Notes under the pieces: model-generated
Seen by the model: only the letters and a program-made list of their open reading frames with translations
Told to the model about the DNA's origin: nothing
The model's database searches: none
Assembly: GCA_942490825.1 (NCBI GenBank)
Contig: CALNYG010000013.1
Location: 125,281-189,280 of the forward strand
Direction of reading: 5' to 3'
DNA: 64,000 nt
Source of the DNA: Candidatus Moraniibacteriota bacterium
GTDB lineage: Bacteria; Patescibacteriota; Minisyncoccia; Moranbacterales; GCA-2747515
In this document: positions 39,651-48,453 of the stretch, piece after piece
Position numbering within the stretch: position 1 is the stretch's first letter
Layout: each line of letters begins with the position of its first letter
Translations under genes and position numbers: made by a program

Positions 39651-39759
39651 TAATATTTACAAATTATCGATTGCATTTTTAAAAATATTAGACTATCCTT
39701 ATAGATAGTCTTTTTAAATTATTTATAAAAAGACAAAAATTAACAATTTATACAAAAAC

Positions 39760-41601
39760 ATGAAATATCCAATATTAGATAAAATAAATTATCCAAAAGA
39801 TTTAAGAAAATTACCAGTCGAAGAATTAGAAAAATTATCCGAAGAAATTCGCCAATTCTTAATTCAATGCGTTTCCAAAACAGGCGGACATTTCGGATCA
39901 AATTTAGGCGTAGTCGAATTAACAGTCGCTTTACATTATGTTTTCGACACACCAAAAGATTTACTCGTCTGGGACGTCGGACACCAAACCTATCCCCATA
40001 AAATATTAACAGGAAGAAAAGAACAACTTTGCACAATTCGACAAAAAGGAGGATTAGCACCTTTTCCAAAACGAACAGAAAGTAAATACGATTCTCTCGG
40101 CGTTGGACACACAAGTACTTCAATCAGTGCGGCAGTAGGAATGAGTATTGCCAATCGAGATAAAAAAAATCCGCCACAAGTAGTAGCTGTAATTGGCGAT
40201 GGAGCATTAGGTGGAGGAATGGTTTTTGAAGCTTTAAATCATGCAGGTGATGTTGGTACAGATATGCTAGTAATTTTAAATGATAATAAAATGTCGATTT
40301 CACCAAATGTCGGTGCGATTGATAAATATTTAACACGACTAATTTCTTCACAAAAATATTTAAAAGTACGTCGAAAAGGTAAAAAAATTCTTTCCCAATC
40401 ATCTTCGAGAATTCATAAACTTGTTCAGCGGGTAGAAAAATACGCAAAAGGAATGATTACACCTGGAACTTTATTTGAGGAATTAGGCTTTGGTTATTAT
40501 GGTCCGATTGATGGTCACGATACAAAAATATTAGTTAAAGTTTTAAATAATCTTAAAAAAGTAAAAGGTCCAAAATTTTTGCACATCGTTACTGAAAAAG
40601 GTAAGGGTTGTGAATTTGCAGAAAGTGACGATTTTTCACTTCATGCAGTTACGCCATTTAATCCAGAAACTGGAGAGGCTTTGAAAAAAAGTAGTTCAAA
40701 AAGTTTCACTGACGTGTTTTCAGAATGGATTGTTGAAATAGGAAAAAAAGATGAGGATCTTCATGCAATTACACCAGCAATGTGTTCAGGTTCAGGTTTA
40801 ACAAACTTTCAAAAAACATTTCCGCAACGTTTTCACGATGTGGGAATTGCCGAACAGCACGCAGTAACTTTTGCGGCGGGATTAGCTTGTCAGGGGAAAA
40901 AGCCAGTGGTGGCAATTTATTCTTCATTTTTGCAGCGGGCTTATGATCAGTTGATTCATGATGTGGCAATTCAAAATTTAAATATTCTTTTTGCTGTGGA
41001 TCGCGCGGGATTAGTTGGTCCGGATGGAGCGACGCATGCAGGAAGTTTTGATATGGCGTTTGCACGAAATATTCCTAATTTAACAATTCTTGCACCTGCT
41101 GATGAAAAAGAATGTGAAGAAATGTTAGAATGGGGTTATAACTATGAAGGTCCAGTTATTGTTCGTTATCCTCGTGATAAAGCTATTGCAATTGATGAAA
41201 ATAAATTTCAATCAATCGAATTAGGGAAATCCGAGATAGTTCGAAAAGGAAAAAAAGTAGCGATTTTAACATTTGGAACGACTTTAAATATTTGCAAAAA
41301 TTTAGCAGAAAAATTTGATGTAACTTTAGTGAATATGCGTTTTGTGAAACCTTTGGATAAGGAGACTGTTCGAGAATTAGCAAAAGATCATGATTCTTTT
41401 TTGACAATTGAAGAGGGTTCAGTGATGGGTGGTGCAGGAAGTGCGGTTGGTGAGTTTGTGTCTCAGGAAGGTTTAAATGTTAAAGTTAAAAATATTGGTT
41501 TGCCAGATAAATTTTTGGAACATGGAAGTCGAGAAGAATTATTAGCTGAAGCTGGTTTGGATGAAGCTGGTGTTGAGGAAGTTTTGAAGAGTTTAATTTA
41601 A
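39760..41601 (+). CDS. dxs: 1-deoxy-D-xylulose-5-phosphate synthase
   Basis: Thiamine-diphosphate-binding GDG motif and the transketolase-like domains. The N-terminus GGHFGSNLGVVELTVALHYVF is diagnostic. Confidence 0.9.
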   Translation: MKYPILDKINYPKDLRKLPVEELEKLSEEIRQFLIQCVSKTGGHFGSNLGVVELTVALHYVFDTPKDLLVWDVGHQTYPHKILTGRKEQLCTIRQKGGLAPFPKRTESKYDSLGVGHTSTSISAAVGMSIANRDKKNPPQVVAVIGDGALGGGMVFEALNHAGDVGTDMLVILNDNKMSISPNVGAIDKYLTRLISSQKYLKVRRKGKKILSQSSSRIHKLVQRVEKYAKGMITPGTLFEELGFGYYGPIDGHDTKILVKVLNNLKKVKGPKFLHIVTEKGKGCEFAESDDFSLHAVTPFNPETGEALKKSSSKSFTDVFSEWIVEIGKKDEDLHAITPAMCSGSGLTNFQKTFPQRFHDVGIAEQHAVTFAAGLACQGKKPVVAIYSSFLQRAYDQLIHDVAIQNLNILFAVDRAGLVGPDGATHAGSFDMAFARNIPNLTILAPADEKECEEMLEWGYNYEGPVIVRYPRDKAIAIDENKFQSIELGKSEIVRKGKKVAILTFGTTLNICKNLAEKFDVTLVNMRFVKPLDKETVRELAKDHDSFLTIEEGSVMGGAGSAVGEFVSQEGLNVKVKNIGLPDKFLEHGSREELLAEAGLDEAGVEEVLKSLI

Positions 41602-41644
41602 TTCTCTGTGCTATTATTAATATAAAGATAATTAAATTTAGTAT

Positions 41645-42217
41645 ATGAAAAAATCAGTTAAAAAATTATTATTGGGAGTATTAATTTTTATTATAGTAGG
41701 GGTTATAGCTTTTATAGTTATGATTTATTTTTATTTTTTCCCTGTATGTCATTATTCCGAAAGAGAGATTAAGATTCCTGAGGAATTAGTTGAAAAACAG
41801 TTATTTTTAGAAAATGATATTTATCTCAGTAGGACTAAAACTGAAAATATTAAGAATCCTAGCTATGTAGAATCTAAATTTACTAAAAAATGTAATCCAA
41901 ATTTATATAATATAAATTTAACATTAGAATACTCTTCTTGGATAAATAGAGGTAAAAGCTTTAAAAAAGGAAAGGTTTTTAAAATAGAAAAAATTATTGT
42001 AGCTAAATCGCACGGATTTAATTTTAGTGGGAATCATGAGTTAGTTTATATAATTTTATCAGATGAGGAGGGTTTGCGATATAAATTAACAATTGGTGAC
42101 CTGCCTTTTGATAATGATGAGGATAAAGATGATAAAAGTATATTTTTGAATTATTATAAAAATGGAGAGAGGTTATTTTTGAATTGGGAATACTTTGACA
42201 ATTTAATTTTTGAATAA
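41645..42217 (+). CDS. Hypothetical membrane-anchored protein
   Basis: One N-terminal transmembrane helix. No family recognised. Confidence 0.45.
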   Translation: MKKSVKKLLLGVLIFIIVGVIAFIVMIYFYFFPVCHYSEREIKIPEELVEKQLFLENDIYLSRTKTENIKNPSYVESKFTKKCNPNLYNINLTLEYSSWINRGKSFKKGKVFKIEKIIVAKSHGFNFSGNHELVYIILSDEEGLRYKLTIGDLPFDNDEDKDDKSIFLNYYKNGERLFLNWEYFDNLIFE

Positions 42218-42801
42218 TGACTAAACCAAGAACAAAAAAAGAAGTAGTTAAAAAGACATTTTTATATCTTTTTATTTTAGTATTTATTGTCTGGAATGTA
42301 GCTTTATTTTTTATTGATAAAGAATTAGCAGATAGTCTTTTGCAAAACAATAATCATGCTTATTTAATATTTTTCGTAATAGCTACAACGACAGGACTTT
42401 CGATTTTTGCAGCTGGAACTTTTTATGCCACTTTAATTCATTTTACTCAGATCGGTTTAGACCCACTTATATTAGGAATTCTTGGCGGCTTAGGAACTAG
42501 CGTAGGAGATTTCATGTATTTCTATTTTGCTAGGCAAGCTCGTGATTTTTCAAATATTAAGAAAAGTAAAACTTATAAGAAAATATCTCAGTACGTTTCT
42601 AAAGATTTATGTAAAGAGTCCTGTTATAGAGTTTATACCTTTGTTTTTTTATTTGCAGCTTTTATACCAATTCCAAATGACATTTTGATGGTCGCTTTAG
42701 GTTTTTTAAATTATAAATATAGTCGAATTATTCCATTGGTTATTTTAGGTAATGTTACTTTAATTACTTTGATAGCTTTTGGAGTTTTGAATGTTTTGTG
42801 A
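42217..42801 (+). CDS. Hypothetical polytopic membrane protein
   Basis: 4-5 predicted transmembrane helices. Start overlaps the previous stop (ATGA). Confidence 0.45.
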   Translation: MTKPRTKKEVVKKTFLYLFILVFIVWNVALFFIDKELADSLLQNNNHAYLIFFVIATTTGLSIFAAGTFYATLIHFTQIGLDPLILGILGGLGTSVGDFMYFYFARQARDFSNIKKSKTYKKISQYVSKDLCKESCYRVYTFVFLFAAFIPIPNDILMVALGFLNYKYSRIIPLVILGNVTLITLIAFGVLNVL

Positions 42802-42942
42802 GATTTAAGTAAATGTAGTGATTTTATTTTATACGAAAGCGAAATAATACTCATAATGTTTAGTCTTTAAAAAATAATTCTACGAATAGTAAAAAATGTT
42901 GTATAATGAATTTAAGTTTACAATACGTTAAAATAAAAATAA

Positions 42943-44124
42943 ATGTTTGGTGAAATTCTTGCTTTTTTTGACTTTTTTATTCGAATAGTCTCAGTGTTTG
43001 GAGAAATTTGGTTTATAATTTTTCCAATAATTTTTTGGTTTTTGTTTAAAAATTTGTGGGGACGACATGCAGCTATTGGTTGGCTAATAAAACAGAATGA
43101 CATTCTTTTAGAGATTATTCCACCACAAGATATTGAAAAAAGTCCAAAAGTAATGGAAGGTTTTTTTAATGCTTTGTCAGCAACTGATGCAGGAATGAAT
43201 ATGTTTGCTAAATATGCCTTAGGAAAAATGAATCCATATTTCAGTTTGGAAATTGTAGGATCTGAAGGACAAGCTCATTTCTATGTTCGGACACCAGCTT
43301 TTTTTAGAAATTTAGTGGAGAGTGCTTTATATGCTCAGTATCCAGGAGTGGAGATTATTCAGGTAGATGATTATACACAAAATGTTCCAGGGAATATTCC
43401 AAATGATGAGTGGACACTTTGGGGAATGGATTGGATTTTGTTGAAAGAAGATGCTTATCCGATTAAGACTTATAAATATTTTGATGAGGATATTACAGGT
43501 AAAATGATCGATCCCTTGGCAAATTATATGGAAATCATTAGTACTATGGAGCCAAATCAACATATGTGGGTTCAGTATGTTATTCAAGCTAAAAGACCAG
43601 GCTGGTTTAAAGAGTGGGCACAACCTACTGTTGAGGATTTTATTGAAGAGAATATTAAATCAAAAGAAACAGAGGATGGTGGTAGTCAACCGCTTGAGTT
43701 TAGTTTAACACCGCTCAAAAGACAAGCTTTAACAGCCTTAGAAGAAAATATAACTAAAAATATGTTTTCAGTAAAAGTTAGGATGATTTGTGTTGGTCGC
43801 AAGGAAAATTTTAATATGGTAAATGTTGCAGGAACGAGTGCGATGTTTAAGGAATTTTCAGATGAATATACAAATCAATTCATTCCTTCAGATAGAAGTA
43901 AGACTTATGCAGATTATGTAAATGTTGATGCTCGTAAAGCTCAGCGGATGAGAAGAATTTTAGAGAGGTATCGTGATCGGGATGATTCAGGTTTAACAAT
44001 TCATCTTAGCTCAACTGAATTGGCAACGCTCTTTCATTTACCAGATATGTCAATTGTTTCACCAAGTGTTCAGCATTCAGCTACGCGTCGTGGAGGTGCT
44101 CCGGGGAACTTGCCAACTGCTTAA
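42943..44124 (+). CDS. Membrane protein (N-terminal transmembrane hairpin plus a 330-aa soluble domain) partnered with the downstream ATPase
   Basis: Two N-terminal transmembrane helices and a cytoplasmic domain of unknown family. Directly upstream of the DUF87 ATPase. Confidence 0.5.
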   Translation: MFGEILAFFDFFIRIVSVFGEIWFIIFPIIFWFLFKNLWGRHAAIGWLIKQNDILLEIIPPQDIEKSPKVMEGFFNALSATDAGMNMFAKYALGKMNPYFSLEIVGSEGQAHFYVRTPAFFRNLVESALYAQYPGVEIIQVDDYTQNVPGNIPNDEWTLWGMDWILLKEDAYPIKTYKYFDEDITGKMIDPLANYMEIISTMEPNQHMWVQYVIQAKRPGWFKEWAQPTVEDFIEENIKSKETEDGGSQPLEFSLTPLKRQALTALEENITKNMFSVKVRMICVGRKENFNMVNVAGTSAMFKEFSDEYTNQFIPSDRSKTYADYVNVDARKAQRMRRILERYRDRDDSGLTIHLSSTELATLFHLPDMSIVSPSVQHSATRRGGAPGNLPTA

Positions 44125-44252
44125 CTTTAAGGTATAATTGCTTGATTGAGTTAGAATTTTTATTTGAGTTTTTTTATATCTAAATAATATTAAATTAAGG
44201 GGAAGTTAAATAAAACTAATTATTTTCTAGATAATTCAAAAAATAAAAAACT

Positions 44253-46028
44253 ATGCCAGAAGAAGTAATCGCATTTGCGAAAACAAATTTTAGAAATAAA
44301 GAAACAGTCTTTGGAATAAAAGCTGATGATCGGCGTCGGCATTTTTATGCTATCGGAAAAACAGGTATGGGTAAGACTAACTTGTTAGAAAACATGGCGA
44401 TTCAAGATATCCGAAATGGTCATGGAGTAGCTTTTGTTGATCCTCATGGTGATACAGCCGAAAAATTAATCAGTATGATTCCAACTGAGCGATTAGATGA
44501 TGTTATTTATTTTAATCCTTCTGATCAAGATTTTCCATTATCTTTCAATGTGATGGAGCAAGTAGCACCAGAATTTCGTCCACTGGTGGCATCTGGTTTG
44601 ATTGGCGTATTTCAAAAACTATGGGCAGATTCATGGGGTCCTCGTTTGGAATATATTTTACGTAATGCTCTTCTGGCACTTTTAGAATATCCAGGGAGTA
44701 ATTTGCTTGGAGTGATGCGTATTCTTGTTGATAAGGGCTATCGTAAAAGAGTCGTTGATAAAATTACTGATCCAGTAGTTCGTTCTTTCTGGGTGGATGA
44801 ATTTACACAATGGAATGAACGTACTTTGCAGGAGGTTATTTCTCCGATTCAGAATAAAGTTGGGCAGTTTTTGACTAGTCCAGTTATTCGTAATATTCTT
44901 GGTCAAAGCAGGTCGTCTTTTGATGTGCGAACGATAATGGACGAGAGAAAAATTCTTATTATGAATTTATCAAAAGGGCGGATTGGGGAGGATAATAGTG
45001 CTTTGATGGGAGCAATGATTATTACTAAAATTCAGTTGGCGGCAATGGGTCGTGTTGATATAGCTGAAGAAGATCGTAAAGATTTTTATCTTTATGTTGA
45101 TGAGTTTCAAAACTTTGCAACAGAATCTTTTGCTAATATTCTTTCTGAGGCTCGTAAATATCGTTTGAATTTAATTTTAGCGAATCAATACATTACTCAG
45201 TTAGATGAAACGGTTAGAGATGCTATTTTTGGTAACGCGGGGACGATTGTTTCATTTAGGGTTGGAGCAATGGATGCAGAGGCTTTAGAAAAGGAATTTG
45301 AGCCAGTTTTTATGATGAATGATATTGTTAATTTGCCAAAATATAATATTTATCTTAAATTGATGATTGATGGTGTTGCTGGAGATGCTTTTAGTGCAAC
45401 GACTTTACCACCGATTGAGAGATTGGAAGTGGATAGTACGGAAAAAGTTATTCAGCTTTCTCGAGAAAAATATTCTACTTCTAGACAGAAGGTTGAGGAT
45501 AAGATTGCACGTGGAAGTGGTATGTTGTCAGCAAGTGATTTAGCTAATCAAAAGCCGAGTAGGCAAAATGTAGAAAGGGCAAATAGGAATGATTCTTTTA
45601 GAAATTCAGCACCAAAGAAAATTACTCCAAAATTTTCAAATTCCCAAGTGAGAGTTGATGAAAAACCTGAACCTAAAGTAGCTACTCAAAAAACTGTAGA
45701 TCAATCTGAATTTATAGAAAAGAAAAATGAATCTCAAGATAAAGGTAATACTGATGAGAAAAAACCTAAAAGGCAATTTTATCCAGTTAATTGTGATACG
45801 TGCGATGAAGAAATTGAAATTCCGTTTAAACCAGATGGAAAGCGTCCAGTCTTTTGTAAAGAATGCTTGAAGGATTATCAAAGAGCAGTAGCTAAGGCTA
45901 AGGAGATTCGGGAGGGTGTTCAGGTTGATGATAGACAACAACAACCTACTAGCAATAACCAAGAACCCGCTAAGAAAAAAGTTGATTTAAAGGGTCTACG
46001 AGGTATGATTCAGGAGGTTAGGGAATAA
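44253..46028 (+). CDS. HerA/FtsK-superfamily (DUF87; TraD/VirD4 coupling-protein-like) ATPase with a C-terminal CxxC...CxxC zinc ribbon
   Basis: Walker A AIGKTGMGKTNLL, VDPHGD, Walker B LYVDEFQNF and LILANQ. C-terminal NCDTCDEEIEIPFKPDGKRPVFCKEC treble-clef ribbon. Confidence 0.6.
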   Translation: MPEEVIAFAKTNFRNKETVFGIKADDRRRHFYAIGKTGMGKTNLLENMAIQDIRNGHGVAFVDPHGDTAEKLISMIPTERLDDVIYFNPSDQDFPLSFNVMEQVAPEFRPLVASGLIGVFQKLWADSWGPRLEYILRNALLALLEYPGSNLLGVMRILVDKGYRKRVVDKITDPVVRSFWVDEFTQWNERTLQEVISPIQNKVGQFLTSPVIRNILGQSRSSFDVRTIMDERKILIMNLSKGRIGEDNSALMGAMIITKIQLAAMGRVDIAEEDRKDFYLYVDEFQNFATESFANILSEARKYRLNLILANQYITQLDETVRDAIFGNAGTIVSFRVGAMDAEALEKEFEPVFMMNDIVNLPKYNIYLKLMIDGVAGDAFSATTLPPIERLEVDSTEKVIQLSREKYSTSRQKVEDKIARGSGMLSASDLANQKPSRQNVERANRNDSFRNSAPKKITPKFSNSQVRVDEKPEPKVATQKTVDQSEFIEKKNESQDKGNTDEKKPKRQFYPVNCDTCDEEIEIPFKPDGKRPVFCKECLKDYQRAVAKAKEIREGVQVDDRQQQPTSNNQEPAKKKVDLKGLRGMIQEVRE

Positions 46029-46069
46029 TAATTAGGATGATTTAATAAATCTCTTCGGAAACCCTGTTT

Positions 46070-46196
46070 ATGTCATTTTGACTGGAAAATAGCGGAACGT
46101 AAAAATCTCAAAGTTCTAGGATAATCTTAAGCTTTTGAGATCTCTCCATTCCATATTTTAAAATCTCGTTTAAAAATATTCCGGTCGAGATGATAT
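46070..46196. repeat. Miniature inverted-repeat family 2 copy
   Basis: ATGTCATTTTGACTGGAAaatagcggaacg ... ccggTCGAGATGATAT. Aligns with 10553-10708. Confidence 0.5.
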
Positions 46197-46338
46197 AATT
46201 TAAAGTTTCCAAAAAGGTCCAATAAGTCAGAAAAGGTTATAAATTTAAAAAAGATTAATTATTTTATTTCTTTTTTAAAGTTAATCATTTATAATAGAAT
46301 GATAGATTAATATCAAATTTTTTTAATTAAAATATTTT

Positions 46339-47406
46339 ATGAATACGTTTTTAGAAATAATAGCTTTAGCTTCAACTTTTTATATTTTAGCAATAATTTG
46401 TGATAAATATTTTGTGCCCGCATTAGAGGTCATAGCCAATAAGTTAAAAATGACTTCAGAAATGGCAGGGGCAACTTTAATGGCAGTAGGAAGTAGTGCA
46501 CCGGAATTATTTACTTCTATGTTTGCTATTTTTAAGTTGAATGGAAATTCTGATTTAGGAGCTGGAACGATAGTTGGTTCAGCGATTTTTAATATTTTAG
46601 TTATTGTGGGAGTTTCTGCTTTATATATGACAAAAAAACAGAAGCTGGCTTGGCAACCAGTTGTTAGAGATATGCTTTTTTATTGTGTTTCAATTTTACT
46701 TTTGTTAGCATCTTTTTGTGACGGAAAAATTGAACTTTATGAAACCGTTATTTTTGTTGTAGTTTACGTGATTTATCTTTTTGCAGTTAAGAACTGGAGT
46801 AAATGGTTTAATTATCAAGGAACTGAAATTGATGGGACCTTTGAAGAAGAAAATGGTAAAGATTTATTTTTGACTAAATTTTTCGATAAAATATTTTCAT
46901 TTTTTATTCGAAATCCTAGGAAAAATTACATCTATACTTTTTTTGTTAGTATTTGTTTGATTGCGTTTTTTAGTCATTGGATGGTTGAATTTGCAGTTGG
47001 AGTAGCTCATGCTTTTCATATTCCAGCTTCGATTATTGGTTTGACTATTTTGGCGGCGGGAACTTCTATTCCTGATTTGATTTCTTCTATGGTTGTGGCG
47101 AAAAAGGGTCGAGCTGATATGGCAGTGAGTAATGCAGTTGGTTCTAATATTTTTGATATTCTTATCGGGTTAGGCTTAGTGTATTTTATTAGCTTAGTTT
47201 TTGTAAATAAAGAAGTAGATGTGATTGCGATTGATACGAATAACTTAATTTCTTCTATTATTTTGCTTTTTGCTACGGTGGTGGCACTTATTTTTTTGTT
47301 GCTTTTTCAGAGATGGCGATTGGGTAAGTATTCAGGTTACTTTTTAATTCTATTGTATTTATTATATTTAGGATATAATGTTTTGGTGGTGTATGGGTTA
47401 GTTTGA
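46339..47406 (+). CDS. Na+/Ca2+ exchanger family (CaCA, YrbG-like) transporter
   Basis: Two alpha-repeat regions with GSSAPELFTS and GTSIPDLISS. Confidence 0.8.
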   Translation: MNTFLEIIALASTFYILAIICDKYFVPALEVIANKLKMTSEMAGATLMAVGSSAPELFTSMFAIFKLNGNSDLGAGTIVGSAIFNILVIVGVSALYMTKKQKLAWQPVVRDMLFYCVSILLLLASFCDGKIELYETVIFVVVYVIYLFAVKNWSKWFNYQGTEIDGTFEEENGKDLFLTKFFDKIFSFFIRNPRKNYIYTFFVSICLIAFFSHWMVEFAVGVAHAFHIPASIIGLTILAAGTSIPDLISSMVVAKKGRADMAVSNAVGSNIFDILIGLGLVYFISLVFVNKEVDVIAIDTNNLISSIILLFATVVALIFLLLFQRWRLGKYSGYFLILLYLLYLGYNVLVVYGLV

Positions 47407-47477
47407 CAATTGCAATTTTCCCTGAGCATGGGAGGATGAAGATAAATGACTTATAAGGATTAACTTGACCATTTCTT

Positions 47478-47524
47478 AAGCCTTTTCTTTACGTTCAAAG
47501 TAAAGAAAAGGCTTTTATTTTTTT
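47478..47524 (+). terminator. Strong rho-independent terminator (AAGCCTTTTCTTTAC-gttcaaa-GTAAAGAAAAGGCTT plus T-run)
   Basis: Perfect 15-bp stem, then TTTATTTTTTT. Confidence 0.7.
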
Positions 47525-47600
47525 ATTAAAATTTACAAAACAAACTTTATAAACTAGAATATATTTAAGTAAGAAACATTTAAAATAAACTTATTTAAAT

Positions 47601-48245
47601 ATGTCAAAAACACAAAAACACTTCTTAAAAATATTTTCTATTACAATTTTAATTTTTTTTATAATAAATATTAAAATTGTTTCAGCGGAAAATGAAAAAA
47701 TCGAAATAAAATCAGGAACAAATAAATTTAAAGACTTAATTTTTTCAGTTCCACCAAATAGTGAGCATACAGGAGAGCTAATCGTTGAAAATAAAGGTGA
47801 AGAAGATATTGATGTAGTTTTATTTATAGCAAATGATGAAAAGACTACTTTAGTTGAAGCCATGAATGCCAAAGAGGGTAAAGATTTATTTTTCAATACA
47901 CTTTTCTATTTTGATGCTCCACCAGAAAAATATCAAAATATATTAAAAAAGAATGGTGGAGAAATTACCGTTTTATGTGAAGAATATTCTGACAATAATG
48001 ATAAAGCTTTAAAAAAATGGTGCGAAGGAGATCGGAGCACAACAGTAACAATAAAAGCAGGCGAATCTGAGCATGTTCCGTTTACGGTTAAGTTTTTGCC
48101 TAATGTTGTAGAACATAATGCTTATGTTACAGCAGTCTTAGAGGACAGGTATGATAATAAAGTTTTAGATCAGAAAAAATTAACTTACAAATTTCCAGTT
48201 GAAAAAATTGATGTAAATAAAGTTAAACTTGAATCTTTAATTTAA
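47601..48245 (+). CDS. Hypothetical secreted protein
   Basis: Signal peptide with no recognisable family. Confidence 0.45.
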   Translation: MSKTQKHFLKIFSITILIFFIINIKIVSAENEKIEIKSGTNKFKDLIFSVPPNSEHTGELIVENKGEEDIDVVLFIANDEKTTLVEAMNAKEGKDLFFNTLFYFDAPPEKYQNILKKNGGEITVLCEEYSDNNDKALKKWCEGDRSTTVTIKAGESEHVPFTVKFLPNVVEHNAYVTAVLEDRYDNKVLDQKKLTYKFPVEKIDVNKVKLESLI

Positions 48246-48453
48246 CAAGATCGTTTTCTTTACTAAATATTTTATCGTGGTGGAAGGAGGGCAGAAGAGA
48301 AGAATATTCAGCTGATTTTATTGTGAATAATGGTGATAGTTTGAATGCAAATTATCAATTATTTGTTAAAATAAAGTCTGATGAGGAAAAAAAATATGAA
48401 CAGGATTTTACAATGAGGTGCGGATAGTATGAGACTTACAATATTAAGTTCTA

